From an uncultured Opitutales bacterium (GTDB taxonomy: Bacteria > Verrucomicrobiota > Verrucomicrobiia > Opitutales > Intestinicryptomonadaceae): 32,000 nt of DNA. This document shows, piece by piece, positions 16,871-26,794 of this stretch. The notes under the pieces were generated by a model. It was not told where the DNA came from. It searched no databases and worked only from the letters and a program-made list of their open reading frames with translations. The DNA is taken from assembly GCA_934613415.1 (NCBI GenBank), contig CAKTSY010000001.1, positions 150,001 through 182,000 of the forward strand. Direction: 5' to 3'. Made by a program: the position numbers and the translations under genes. Every line of letters starts with the position of its first letter. Within the stretch, counting starts at the first letter, position 1.

Positions 16871-18736
16871 CTAATTGCCCTGGGCAGCAACCTCTTTGCT
16901 TTGCAGGTCTTTTTGATACTGCAGATATTTTTTTGCCTGCTCTTCGCCCATATAAACTTTTAGCAAAGAAAAATCGGTGTTACTTAGGTTAACCATTATC
17001 AAGCCGTCTAAACAGTTACCAAAGGCTGGGTCCACATTAAACGACAATATTTGCCCGTTAAGTTTCAAGTAGTGCTTAAGCAGTGTAGGAATGCCTTTGT
17101 TGTCTACCTCAATTTCCGAAATCAACGCCGAAATAAAATCTACATCGGTTTTGCACGAAACTACGCACTCTTTATCGGCGGCGTTTAGCTTAACCTTTGG
17201 CGGCTTTTTTGCCTTAACATATCGGGAAAGCTTTGGCGCAATTTTATGTTCCGATAAAAACTGCACAATCAAATCTTTAGAAACCGCGTTGTATTCGGGG
17301 TTAATGCTAACTGGGCCAAACAGCGTTTTGTAGTAGGGCTTGCGCGAAACGTAAACGCCAATGCCTCTCCACAACAACGCAAGCGTAGAACGCTTTTTTT
17401 GATATTCTATTGTTATGAACGACCTGCCCATTTCAAGCGCGGGGTTTATCTTGTCGAACAGTTCTTTTTTAATCTTAAAAAGCGTGGTTGTATACAAACC
17501 CTGCGGCCCTAGCGACTCCATAATTTTGTCGGTGCGCCCAACCCTGTAAGCGCCTACAATTTTTCGCTCTTGGCTGTCCCACATAAAGATATGCAGGTAG
17601 TACGAGTCGAATTCGTCTATGTCGAAACTCTTGCCCGTGCCCTCGCCTACAGCGCGGAATGTAATTTCTCTAAGCCTGCCAATTTCGAACATTGTGCGCT
17701 TAATTTGCCAGGCATACGCATAGTATACCGAAATTTTGTCACCCTTAATCAAAGTATTTTCTTCGGGCAGGGCTTTAATTTCGGCCTCCATTTCGTCGGG
17801 GTTAATGGGGGCAATAATTTCCTGCATTTGCGCTTTTTTTACCGGAATTATGCGCCCTAAATTCTGCACAAGGCTACCGAAGTCGAAATACGAAGTTTCC
17901 GCAGTTTTTGCCCTTTCGCGCAACATATAGGTGTTAAGCCTAAACCACGCGGTTAGCTCTTTGTCGGTATCAAAATACGACATTTTTTTTGGGCTTATGG
18001 GCTTGCCGATTTTTATTTTAATAAGCCCCTTTTTTGGGCGGCTAACCATTTCGCGCGGAAGCATTACAGTGCGCAAAATCGGGTGTATAAGCCCCATTAT
18101 TTGAAACAAAACACTGTTGCAGCCTTCTATATAGACGGGCAAAACCGTGGCATTTGTGCGCCTTGCAATGTTTGCAATATTTTCGTTCCAAACGGGGTCT
18201 GTAATCTGCATTTTCTTTAGTTGCAAATGCGAAACCGTGCCCGATGGAAATGTAGAAATTACCCCGCCTTGCTTTAAAAACTTTATGGTGTCTTTTAAGG
18301 CGGTGATATTTTCTTTTATTGCGTTTTTGCCGCCAAATGGGTTTACCTGAATTAAATAGGGCTTAATAAGCTCCATATGGGCAAGCAGCCCATTTGCCAT
18401 AAATTTAAAATCGTCTCTAACCCGCAGCATTAACGAGCCCAACGCTATGCCGTCTAACCCGCCGTACGGGTGGTTAGAAACTATTATAAGCGGCCCTTCT
18501 TTGGGAATGCGCTGCATATCGTCTTGCGAAACTTCTACCGAAGCTCCAAGCGAAACCAACGCCTTGTCGAAAAAGTTGCCAAGCTCCGGGTGTTCCAAAA
18601 TAAAGCTATAGCAGTCGTTTACCCTTTGTATTTTAAGGAAACGTTCGAGCGGCCAGCCAAAGACGCCGTACAACGACCTAAGAAACCCGTTTTTTATGGA
18701 TTTCTTAAGGTCAATTAATTTGTATTTATCCGACAT
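16871..18736 (-). CDS. olsF: Bifunctional acyltransferase: N-terminal PlsC-type lysophospholipid acyltransferase fused to C-terminal GNAT/hemolysin-like N-acyltransferase (OlsF-like aminolipid synthase)
   Basis: 621 aa. The N-terminal half has VSNHPYGGLDG (an HX4D-like box) and FPSGTVS (FPEGT-like block). The C-terminal half (EIGRLREITFRAVGEGTGKSFDIDEFD...YRVGRTD...LEMGRSFI) matches the OlsB/hemolysin-like Acetyltransf_5 pattern. The head-group specificity is unknown. Confidence 0.8.
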   Translation of the reverse strand: MSDKYKLIDLKKSIKNGFLRSLYGVFGWPLERFLKIQRVNDCYSFILEHPELGNFFDKALVSLGASVEVSQDDMQRIPKEGPLIIVSNHPYGGLDGIALGSLMLRVRDDFKFMANGLLAHMELIKPYLIQVNPFGGKNAIKENITALKDTIKFLKQGGVISTFPSGTVSHLQLKKMQITDPVWNENIANIARRTNATVLPVYIEGCNSVLFQIMGLIHPILRTVMLPREMVSRPKKGLIKIKIGKPISPKKMSYFDTDKELTAWFRLNTYMLRERAKTAETSYFDFGSLVQNLGRIIPVKKAQMQEIIAPINPDEMEAEIKALPEENTLIKGDKISVYYAYAWQIKRTMFEIGRLREITFRAVGEGTGKSFDIDEFDSYYLHIFMWDSQERKIVGAYRVGRTDKIMESLGPQGLYTTTLFKIKKELFDKINPALEMGRSFITIEYQKKRSTLALLWRGIGVYVSRKPYYKTLFGPVSINPEYNAVSKDLIVQFLSEHKIAPKLSRYVKAKKPPKVKLNAADKECVVSCKTDVDFISALISEIEVDNKGIPTLLKHYLKLNGQILSFNVDPAFGNCLDGLIMVNLSNTDFSLLKVYMGEEQAKKYLQYQKDLQSKEVAAQGN

Positions 18737-18774
18737 TCCCTAAATTGTTGCACAAACAGTATAAAAAGGCAAAG

Positions 18775-20355
18775 CTATTTATTCTTGTTTTTGTCTTTTT
18801 GCAGCTTATATTCAACCGAGTCTTTTAAAGACTCCCATGAAGCTTCTATTATGTTGTCGGAAGCCCCAACGGTTCCCCAAATAGAGTCGCCGTCTTTGGT
18901 TTCTATAAGCACTCGGGTTATCGCGTTTGTGCCCGCGCCGCTGTCGAGAATGCGAACTTTAAAGTCTGTCAATTCAATGTCTTTAAGCTGCGGAAACTTG
19001 TTTATAAGCGACTTTCTTAACGCCATATCAAGGGCTGCAACCGGCCCGTGGGCTTCGGCAACGGTGTGTTCTATATTGCCGTCTACCTCTATTTTTACGG
19101 TCGCCTCCGAGCGAATGCGTTTTTCGAACTCGTTCTTTTCAACTATAACCCTGTAGCCCCTAACCTTGAAAAATTCCTTGTCTTTGTGCAGGAATTTTGA
19201 AAGCAAAAGCGAAAACGAGGCATCGGCGGCTTCATATTCGTAGCCCTTAAATTCCATTTCCTTAAGCTCGTTTAAAAACTCCTTAATTTCGGGGTTTTTG
19301 GCGTCTATATTAACACCAAGCTCTTTTGCCTTCATCATAATCGAGCTTCTGCCCGACATATCGCTAACTAAAACCCTAGTTTTGTTGCCTACAAGCGAAG
19401 GGTCTATATGCTCGTAGCTGCATTTAACCTTGTTTGCGGCATCGGCGTGCACCCCTCCTTTGTGGGCAAAAGACGATGCCCCAACATAGGGATTCCTGTT
19501 GTCGCTGCGCATATTTGCCATTTCGTCGGCAAAAAGCGAAAGCTCGCGCAGCTTTTTCATATTAGGCGAGCAATTAAGCGAAAAGCCCATTTTAAGAGCC
19601 AAGTTTGCCATAATTGTGCACAAATTTGCATTGCCGTTGCGCTCGCCTAGGCCGTTCATAGTGCCCTGCACCATAACCGCCCCGCACTCTACGCCGCAAA
19701 GCGAAAGCGCAACCGCCAAACCGCAGTCGTTATGGCAGTGTATGCCAATGGGCAAATCTATGCTTCTTATTACGTCAAAAAGAATTCTTTTAAATTCCTC
19801 TATCATTGTGCCGCCGTTTGTATCGCACAGGCAAATAAAGTCTGCCCCTGCGTCTTTTGCGGCCTTTAGCGTTGCAAGCGCATATTCGGGGTTGTCTTTG
19901 TAGCCGTCAAAAAAGTGTTCGGCGTCGTATACAACTGTTTTGTTGTGGCTCTTTAAGTAGTGCACGCTTTCGAAAATCATTTTAAGATTTTCTTCGGGCG
20001 TGGTTTTAATTACTTCGGTCACATGCAACAACCACGTTTTGCCGAAAATTGTAAGGCAGCTAGCCCCCGAATCTATTAAAAGCTTAAGCTGGTTGTCGTC
20101 TTCTACCGCAATGTTTGCGCGACGTGTAGAGCCGAATGCCGCAATTTTTGCATGCTTTAAATTAAGCTTTTTTGCTCCCTCAAAAAACGCCATATCGCGC
20201 GGGTTCGAGCCCGGCCAGCCGCCTTCTATATAGTCTATGCCGAATTGGTCCATCTTTTCGGCAAGCCTAAGTTTAGACGCCACCGACATCGAAACGCCTT
20301 CGCCCTGCGTTCCGTCTCTTAAAGTTGTATCGTATATAAAGATTTTATTATCCAT
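18775..20355 (-). CDS. cimA: (R)-citramalate synthase (LeuA-related, CimA type)
   Basis: 526 aa. The N-terminus IYDTTLRDGTQGEGVSMSVASKLRLAEKMDQFGIDYIEGGWPGSNPRDMAFF is the CimA-clade pattern (GWPG.NP.D). It has an HCHND metal site and a C-terminal LeuA-dimer regulatory domain. Confidence 0.88.
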   Translation of the reverse strand: MDNKIFIYDTTLRDGTQGEGVSMSVASKLRLAEKMDQFGIDYIEGGWPGSNPRDMAFFEGAKKLNLKHAKIAAFGSTRRANIAVEDDNQLKLLIDSGASCLTIFGKTWLLHVTEVIKTTPEENLKMIFESVHYLKSHNKTVVYDAEHFFDGYKDNPEYALATLKAAKDAGADFICLCDTNGGTMIEEFKRILFDVIRSIDLPIGIHCHNDCGLAVALSLCGVECGAVMVQGTMNGLGERNGNANLCTIMANLALKMGFSLNCSPNMKKLRELSLFADEMANMRSDNRNPYVGASSFAHKGGVHADAANKVKCSYEHIDPSLVGNKTRVLVSDMSGRSSIMMKAKELGVNIDAKNPEIKEFLNELKEMEFKGYEYEAADASFSLLLSKFLHKDKEFFKVRGYRVIVEKNEFEKRIRSEATVKIEVDGNIEHTVAEAHGPVAALDMALRKSLINKFPQLKDIELTDFKVRILDSGAGTNAITRVLIETKDGDSIWGTVGASDNIIEASWESLKDSVEYKLQKDKNKNK

Positions 20356-21715
20356 TTTTAAGGCCCTTTTGCTCTATATAATTTCTTAAAGTCTGTTCGT
20401 TTGCCGGCATATTTTCGGCGATAATTTCTTTTGTTTTAAGCTCCTCTAATATGGGCGATTTAGGCTCTATGCCAATTGCCTTAATTATTAAGTCGGGGAA
20501 TTTTGCGGGGCTAGCAGTCGAAATCAAAATGTTTAGCTTGCTATTGTCTATATCGGCAAAAGCGCATGCCGTATGAGGGTCTACAACGTAGCCGAATTTT
20601 TCGTATACGCTCTTTACCGTTTGCGGAATTTGCGAATCGTCCATCTTGCTAGACGAAAATTCGGGAGCGCAAAAGTTGTCGAACTTCCAAACTTTGTCGC
20701 GCTTAAACGACTGCATAATTTCGCATACCTTTTCGGCGTTTTCGTTTTCGAGATAATAAATAAAACGCTCGAAATTTGAAGCCACTTGAATGTCCATAGA
20801 CGGGGCATAGCTTGGAACTACGTCGCCAAGCTTGTATACACCGCTTGTAAAGAGCCTGTGCAGAATGTCGTTTTGATTTGTTGCAACCTTAAAGCCCGCA
20901 ACTTTCATACCCATTTTATAGGCAAACCAGCCCGCCAAAACGTTGCCGAAATTGCCCGTGGGCACCGTAAACAAAACGTTTTGCCTTTGCGATTTTTCTA
21001 TCTTTAGGTAGGCATAAATATAGTATACGCACTGCGCCAAAATTCTTGCCAAGTTTATGGAGTTTACCGCGCTAAGCCTCCATTTGCGCTTAAATTCTAC
21101 ATCGCCGAAAAGGCTTTTTACCAAAAACTGCGCGTCGTCGAAAGTGCCGTCTATTGCAATGGGGAAAACGTTTTTTGCCCCAGTGCATGTCATTTGCCTT
21201 TCCTGCAGGGGCGAAACCCTGCCGTGCGGATAAAGTATGAATATGTTTACGCCCTTTTTGCCGAGCAGACCGTTTATTGCCGCGCTGCCCGTGTCGCCGC
21301 TGGTTGCCCCCAAAACGTTTATCGTTCGGTTGCTTTTTGCCAGCAAATATTCATACAAATTGCCCAAAAGCTGCAAGGCAAAGTCTTTAAAAGCCAATGT
21401 CGGCCCGTGAAAAAGCTCTAAAACATAAAGCTTTTCGTTCAGCTTTTTTAGGGGGGCTACGGAAACATCGTCGAACTTTTTGTACGATGCAAAAACAACT
21501 TTTTTTAAGTCGTTTTCGGGAATGTCGCTTGCAAAAAGTTTAAGAAATTCGAAGCACAACGAAGGGTAATCCAGCTTTTCCCATTCGTCGAAAAAGCCGT
21601 CTATTTTCGGAAAAGTTTCGGGAACGTAAAGCCCGCCGTCGGGGGCAAGCCCCTCTTCTACCGCCGCGCTAAAGCCCAATGGGGCAGCCGAACCTCGTGT
21701 GCTTACAAACTTCAT
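20348..21715 (-). CDS. thrC: Threonine synthase (long form)
   Basis: 455 aa with MKFVSTRG, the PLP-lysine context HGPTLAFKDFALQ, and GATSGDTGSAA. It overlaps the cimA start by 8 nt. Confidence 0.95.
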   Translation of the reverse strand: MKFVSTRGSAAPLGFSAAVEEGLAPDGGLYVPETFPKIDGFFDEWEKLDYPSLCFEFLKLFASDIPENDLKKVVFASYKKFDDVSVAPLKKLNEKLYVLELFHGPTLAFKDFALQLLGNLYEYLLAKSNRTINVLGATSGDTGSAAINGLLGKKGVNIFILYPHGRVSPLQERQMTCTGAKNVFPIAIDGTFDDAQFLVKSLFGDVEFKRKWRLSAVNSINLARILAQCVYYIYAYLKIEKSQRQNVLFTVPTGNFGNVLAGWFAYKMGMKVAGFKVATNQNDILHRLFTSGVYKLGDVVPSYAPSMDIQVASNFERFIYYLENENAEKVCEIMQSFKRDKVWKFDNFCAPEFSSSKMDDSQIPQTVKSVYEKFGYVVDPHTACAFADIDNSKLNILISTASPAKFPDLIIKAIGIEPKSPILEELKTKEIIAENMPANEQTLRNYIEQKGLKNG

Positions 21716-21719
21716 TTTA

Positions 21720-22946
21720 TTAGTCCTGCGTTTTGTCGTCTAAATCGAATGCGCTGTGCAGCAAGTTTACGGCTTCGTCGGCGCGTTTTAAGTCTATGCC
21801 AACTGCTATTTTAATTTCGCTTGTGGTAATAAGCTCTACATTAATGCCCGCCCTTGCCAATGCGCCAAAGAATGTTGCGGCTACGCCGCTGTGCGACTTC
21901 ATGCCAATGCCTACCGCCGAAACCTTTGCGATTTCCGACACCGATTCGACGTGGGCTTCCTTTAAGTCGCCCGAAGCTTCGTCTAAAAGCTTCTTTGTTT
22001 TTTCGGCGTCTTCTTTGGGAACGGTAAAGGTAAGGTTTGCCTTTCCGCCGCGGCCTACGTTTTGCACAATCATATCTACTACTATGTTTGCTTCGGCCAA
22101 ATTTTCGAACACCTTGGCGGCAACGCCTGGTTTGTCGCTAAGGCCTACAAGTGTTACTTTTACCTGATTTTTGTCTACCGCTATGCCGCTAACGACAAGG
22201 CTTTCCATTGAAGATACTTTAGATTTCACTATTGTTCCGGGTTGATTGTTAAAGCTTGATCTTACTTCAAATACTACATTGTGTTTGCGCGCAAATTCTA
22301 CCGAGCGCGCCTGCATAACTTTTGAACCGCTAGAAGCCAATTCCAAAAGCTCGCTATACGACATTTCGTTGATTTTGCGGGCATATCTTACTATGCGCGG
22401 GTCGGCAGTATAAATGCCGTCTACGTCGGTGTAAATTTGGCATACATCGGCCTTTAAGGCTGCAGCCAGTGCAACCGCCGACAAGTCGCTGCCACCGCGA
22501 CCGAGGGTTGTAACGTCGCCATCGTCGGTAGCTCCCTGAAAGCCCGCAACAACAACAACATTGCCTTTGTCGAGCTGCTCTTTAATGTCGCCGCCGGTAA
22601 TTTTTGCAATGCGCGCCTTTGTGTGCACGGTGTCGGTTATAATGCCCGCCTGTTTGCCTGTGCGCGAAACCGCCTTTACGCCAACCGAATGCAAAGCTAT
22701 TGCCGTAAGCGCAATGGTTTCCTGTTCGCCTGCAACAAGCAACATATCCATTTCGCGCTCGTCGGGCGCAGTTGTAAGCGATTTTGCCCTTGCAATAAGC
22801 TCGTTTGTTACGCCGCTACGAGCCGATACGACAACTACAACCTGGTCGCCTTTGTCTACATAGCTTTTTACGCGTTCGGCTACGGCCTTAATTCTAACCG
22901 TGTCTCCGACGGAAGTTCCGCCGTATTTTTGCACTATCAATGCCAT
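21720..22946 (-). CDS. lysC: Aspartate kinase (monofunctional, two C-terminal ACT domains)
   Basis: MALIVQKYGGTSVG start, VVVSA, TLGRGGSD, and tandem ACT regions. The listed start at 23000 is TTG, so the ATG at 22946 (GGAAGG about 12 nt upstream) is preferred. It lies 4 nt upstream of thrC. Confidence 0.95.
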   Translation of the reverse strand: MALIVQKYGGTSVGDTVRIKAVAERVKSYVDKGDQVVVVVSARSGVTNELIARAKSLTTAPDEREMDMLLVAGEQETIALTAIALHSVGVKAVSRTGKQAGIITDTVHTKARIAKITGGDIKEQLDKGNVVVVAGFQGATDDGDVTTLGRGGSDLSAVALAAALKADVCQIYTDVDGIYTADPRIVRYARKINEMSYSELLELASSGSKVMQARSVEFARKHNVVFEVRSSFNNQPGTIVKSKVSSMESLVVSGIAVDKNQVKVTLVGLSDKPGVAAKVFENLAEANIVVDMIVQNVGRGGKANLTFTVPKEDAEKTKKLLDEASGDLKEAHVESVSEIAKVSAVGIGMKSHSGVAATFFGALARAGINVELITTSEIKIAVGIDLKRADEAVNLLHSAFDLDDKTQD

Positions 22947-23063
22947 AATTATATATGCCTTCCTCTGGGAAAAGTGTGAGTTAAAACAACCGCAAAACAA
23001 TGCGACTATTTTGTAAAGAAATTTTGTTTAAAAGCCTTGTTCAGTCAAGCCTATATACGCTTC

Positions 23064-23099
23064 AAATAAAATAAAAGCCCCGTTAGATTTCGACGGAGC
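23064..23099 (-). terminator. Rho-independent terminator after the DUF4886 gene (minus strand)
   Basis: On the minus strand GCUCCGU pairs with ACGGGGC (plus coordinates 23077-23099, one G-U pair), followed by TTTTATTTTATTT. Confidence 0.75.
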
Positions 23100-23123
23100 T
23101 TTGCGCAAAAATTTGTCTATAAA

Positions 23124-24020
23124 TTAGTCGTTTTTGGGTTGCTTAAAATCTTTCAAGGCCGTGTATGCAACATTTCTTAAAAACTCGGCGTCTTTGTCGG
23201 CAATGCTTTTTGGCACATACTTTATCAAACGCGGGTCTTTTTCGAACATAAAACCGAACCATACGCACGCCTGCAAATAGCGGCCGCGGTCGTTAAGGTG
23301 AATAGAGTCTACATTTATGTATAAGTAGCCTTTTTTTGCCTTATCCCACGCCATTTGACCAACCAAGTCGCCGCTTTGATTTGGCAAATCGGGCCATTTT
23401 AGGGTTTTAAGAAGCGCCTTGTCGTACATCTTAAATTCGTAGCCCTGGGTTGCCCTTGCCAATTCCACAGCATAGCCAGTGGGTATTACTCTAAGGTTGG
23501 TTTCTTTTGCAAGTTTTGCGTAAGCTGCAGTCAAGCGCTCGTACATTTCCTTTTGCGAAATGCCCCACTTTTTAAAGCGCGGGCAATCTAGTCTATACGA
23601 CCATGTTTGCTGAATCAATACTTCGGCCGACGGCGCGTTTTTGTTTACATAACCAATTATGTTGTTTGCATAGGGCTGGTAGCTTTCGGCCTTCCAGCTT
23701 TCGTGGCTTGCCTGCTGGATTGTAACAAAGTCCCACTTTCTGGAATTTAAGATTTCCTTTAAAGTGCGCTTGTTGTAGTTTTTTACCGAAGAATCGGATT
23801 CTTCTTCGGAAATATAACGCCAGTGGCGCGAAAGCTCGCAGCCCCCGTGGTTTGCCCTTTCCATAACAATAGAGCACCCCTCTACCGACGAGGCAACCTT
23901 TGGCAAAAACACAAACGCACTGTCGGCAAAGCTGTTGCCTATTGTAAGCAGTTTAACCTCTTTCGCCTGCAACAAAAACGCAGCAAGCAATACCAAAAAA
24001 AACACCGTTAATTTTTTCAT
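23124..24020 (-). CDS. Secreted DUF4886 / SGNH-hydrolase-like protein (putative carbohydrate esterase)
   Basis: 298 aa with a signal peptide (MKKLTVFFLVLLAAFLLQA) and an N-terminal LLTIGNSFADSA block (GDS(L)-like, with the Ser in GNSF). It lies 32 nt downstream of the GH42-like gene. Confidence 0.75.
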   Translation of the reverse strand: MKKLTVFFLVLLAAFLLQAKEVKLLTIGNSFADSAFVFLPKVASSVEGCSIVMERANHGGCELSRHWRYISEEESDSSVKNYNKRTLKEILNSRKWDFVTIQQASHESWKAESYQPYANNIIGYVNKNAPSAEVLIQQTWSYRLDCPRFKKWGISQKEMYERLTAAYAKLAKETNLRVIPTGYAVELARATQGYEFKMYDKALLKTLKWPDLPNQSGDLVGQMAWDKAKKGYLYINVDSIHLNDRGRYLQACVWFGFMFEKDPRLIKYVPKSIADKDAEFLRNVAYTALKDFKQPKND

Positions 24021-24052
24021 AATAATAAAAATGTCTTATTTAAAATATTTGT

Positions 24053-26746
24053 TTAGTTGCCAAGACGCAAGATTTTGTTTTGCCCCTTTTGCATTTCAAA
24101 CTTTAGCAACGGGCCTTTGCCAAGCTTTTCGCCCGTTATGGAGTCGAACACGTCCTTGTCGGAATATGTGTTAATTTCCACAGTGCGATGTTCTTTGTCG
24201 GCAAACTCGGTTGGCGTTATAAGAATGTAGTTGCCGTTTTTGTAAACGGCAGCGGGCGAATTTGTGTAGGTTTTAACTCCCGCTATTTCCGCCATTTTTT
24301 TGTACATTTGATACGGAATTTTTGAAGTTCCGCAAAACAGGGTTTTGCCTCTAAGCACAAGGGCGGGCTTTCCGTTTTTATAGGTTGCAAAAACAACATC
24401 GCCCTCTTGCAGTTTTGGGGCAAGCAAAGGAGTGGGGAAATATCCTTCGTCGCCTATGCCGAATGGCTTTGTTATGCCTATTTTTTTGCCTTCGTTTGTG
24501 GGGACGGCAACGGCCTGGATTTTGCCGTCTTGTATGTCTTCAAACTCAAAGCCCGTAAGGTCTTTCATGGCCTCCAGCGAAAATTCGGATTTGTCCAAAT
24601 CTATGTAGCCTGCCGCCCATACGAATACCGAAGCGTTTTTCTTTGCGCGCTCTTTTATTGCGTTTCTTTGCCTTGCATTTAAAGCGTAGGCCACCGCATA
24701 AATATCGAGCTTGGAATTTGTCGGTTTGCCGAAAAGCAGGTCGCCTAGCAAATAGTGACCGAAAGGCGCGCCTATGCGGTTTAAAGAGCCTCTTGCAATT
24801 CTAAATTCCAAAGTCATAAGGCGCGAGGTTCCGCGAGCTGCCCCGTACATACCCGAAGTTTCGTCGAAAACAAGGGCAATTTCGGGGTTGTACACTAGGG
24901 GGTTTGCAATCATATCGCGCTCCATTTTGTCGAACTTGGCGTTTTGTTGCCACATATTCGGGTCGTTAAACCAGCCGGCTCCCGTAAGATCCATCCACCA
25001 AGAACCTGTATTGCGAATAGCTTCCTGCGCCATATTGCGCGAAAGAATATCAAGCGTTTTTTCGAGATTGTTTATTTCGGGTTCCATACCTGGGTACTTG
25101 CTTGTTTTTGGGGCAAGATATGTTGAAGTGTCGTCTTCGTCTGCCCAAATTTTGCCTGCCCTGCTTACGCTTTCGGTTGCGCCCATTGTGGTTTTGCCGC
25201 CGCCAAAATTCCTGTCGAAGTAGGAAATTGGCCCTGTAAGCATATCAACATCTTTGTTTTTAAGAAATTTGCCAAGCCCCAAGTGCCCAGAATACGACAC
25301 CCCGTTATACATAAGCGAAAATTCGCCCGCATAGCCGTAGAAAAACACGCTAAGCTTGTTGGGAACTTTCTCCCTTACAACCTTTGCCAGACACGAAACC
25401 GTATCTACCATTTCGTCGTTCCAAAACTGGTTAAAGTCGGCAATTTTCTTTTGTGTTTTTGGGTTAATCAAAAAGTTTGGCTCTTCGCGTTCGGCAACGG
25501 TTGGTACTTTTTGCTCTGCAATTTTTGCAGACGGGTTGTTCCACGCCTTTTGCAAAGCTTGGTCGTTTTTATAGGTTTTTTTAAGCCAATTTACCCAGGC
25601 TTTTTCGGTAGATTTGTCATAGCCTTGCCAGTTTCTTCCCCAAGAGTCGCCGTAGAACCATTCGGCGGAATTGCCGCCGCCTATGTGGTAGCCCAACATA
25701 TTTTTGCCGTAGTGCTTTTCGGCAAAATCTATTATCATCGACAAAGCTTTTTGCGATTCTTGTCTATATTTTTCCGACGAAATCGACGGAAATTTTCTGC
25801 TTTTTGTGCCGTCTGCAAATGTTTGGGTGTCGTCGGGGTTTTCGGCAAGCCAAATTTCCGACGGATACATTAAAGCCCTTATAATGATTTTCGCGTTGGG
25901 GTTTGCACTAGTTATATCTTTTAGCGCGCTATCCATAAGCGAATAGTCGGGTTTTTGCCCTTCTTTTAAATAAAAGTCCATAGCCCTTACGGGGAATGTA
26001 ATAATATCTACATTGCCGCTTTCCTTCGCAAATTTTACCTGACTTTTTACATAGGATTTGCCCATTGGCGCATATTGAACGTAGGTTGGTCCGCCGCGAT
26101 TGTCTAGCAACGTGTATTTAAAATTAAGGTTGTCGGAATTTTTGCCCGCCCTTACGCGCATATTTACGCGGTAGTTTTTAAACAAGCCAAGCTTTATATT
26201 TGGAATATATACCTGAAAAAGTTTTACGTTTTCGGACTTTTCAAGCAAGGCAACTTTTAACGCCTTTTCGCCGTCTATAACAACGTTTTTAAGTTCTACT
26301 TTTGGTTTTGCCGAAGCATCGTCGCACTTAAAGGCTATTCTAGGGTCGCAGGCTTTGCCGTCGAATTTTATGTCTACAGTTTTTTCGCCCGAATCTTTGT
26401 CTACAATCTCGAATTTGGAAATGTAGTATTCCATTGGGTTGTCGCCCGCAACAAACTGGAATATGGCAGAATCTGTGCTGTTGTAAAATTTTGCGCAATC
26501 GAAAGAAATGTCTTTGAATTGGCTTGTAAGTTTTGTTTCGTTATTGCCCTTGCCCGAAGTGTAATATAAGGGCGAAACATATAGCATTCGCGGGCGTTCT
26601 GCCTTGCCGTTTATTTTAAGCTGGGGCACTCCGTTTTCTGAACATTCAACTTTGCCTGTAAGTTCTTCGCTTTTGCACGAAACCAACAAAAAACAAGACA
26701 ATAACCATATTATATGCGTATATGCGCCAACATTTTTCATTTTCAT
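24053..26746 (-). CDS. Large lipoprotein with GH42-like (clan GH-A TIM barrel plus GATase-like middle domain) glycoside hydrolase architecture
   Basis: Lipobox LLVSC after MKMKNVGAYTHIIWLLSCF. The listed start at 26758 is TTG, so the ATG at 26746 is preferred. The N-terminal ~230 aa look like a beta-sandwich. The core GYHIGGGNSAEWFY...KAWVNWLKKTYKNDQALQKAWN resembles the GH42 pattern (...NE....F..WL...Y.....LN.AW). LDIYAVAYALNARQRNAIKERAKKNASVFVWAAG resembles the GH42 middle domain. Family and substrate are unverified. Confidence 0.7.
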   Translation of the reverse strand: MKMKNVGAYTHIIWLLSCFLLVSCKSEELTGKVECSENGVPQLKINGKAERPRMLYVSPLYYTSGKGNNETKLTSQFKDISFDCAKFYNSTDSAIFQFVAGDNPMEYYISKFEIVDKDSGEKTVDIKFDGKACDPRIAFKCDDASAKPKVELKNVVIDGEKALKVALLEKSENVKLFQVYIPNIKLGLFKNYRVNMRVRAGKNSDNLNFKYTLLDNRGGPTYVQYAPMGKSYVKSQVKFAKESGNVDIITFPVRAMDFYLKEGQKPDYSLMDSALKDITSANPNAKIIIRALMYPSEIWLAENPDDTQTFADGTKSRKFPSISSEKYRQESQKALSMIIDFAEKHYGKNMLGYHIGGGNSAEWFYGDSWGRNWQGYDKSTEKAWVNWLKKTYKNDQALQKAWNNPSAKIAEQKVPTVAEREEPNFLINPKTQKKIADFNQFWNDEMVDTVSCLAKVVREKVPNKLSVFFYGYAGEFSLMYNGVSYSGHLGLGKFLKNKDVDMLTGPISYFDRNFGGGKTTMGATESVSRAGKIWADEDDTSTYLAPKTSKYPGMEPEINNLEKTLDILSRNMAQEAIRNTGSWWMDLTGAGWFNDPNMWQQNAKFDKMERDMIANPLVYNPEIALVFDETSGMYGAARGTSRLMTLEFRIARGSLNRIGAPFGHYLLGDLLFGKPTNSKLDIYAVAYALNARQRNAIKERAKKNASVFVWAAGYIDLDKSEFSLEAMKDLTGFEFEDIQDGKIQAVAVPTNEGKKIGITKPFGIGDEGYFPTPLLAPKLQEGDVVFATYKNGKPALVLRGKTLFCGTSKIPYQMYKKMAEIAGVKTYTNSPAAVYKNGNYILITPTEFADKEHRTVEINTYSDKDVFDSITGEKLGKGPLLKFEMQKGQNKILRLGN

Positions 26747-26757
26747 AAACGCAAACA

Positions 26758-26786
26758 AACCTACACAAATTTGGCAATAAAGTCAA
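26758..26786 (-). promoter_or_regulatory. Candidate promoter for the GH42-like/DUF4886 pair (minus strand TTGACT-17 nt-TAGGTT)
   Basis: The minus strand reads TTGACT (plus 26781-26786), a 17-nt spacer, then TAGGTT (plus 26758-26763). It lies between the hom terminator and the ATG at 26746 and implies a very short leader. Motif match only. Confidence 0.3.
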
Positions 26787-26794
26787 AAAACAAA

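Noticed and set aside
22947-23063. Possible lysine or threonine-responsive riboswitch, T-box or attenuator in the lysC leader.
   Set aside because: The leader is only about 115 nt. I could not find L-box-like conserved helices, a specifier/T-box motif, or a terminator/antiterminator pair. It holds only a TTGACT hexamer with a poor -10.
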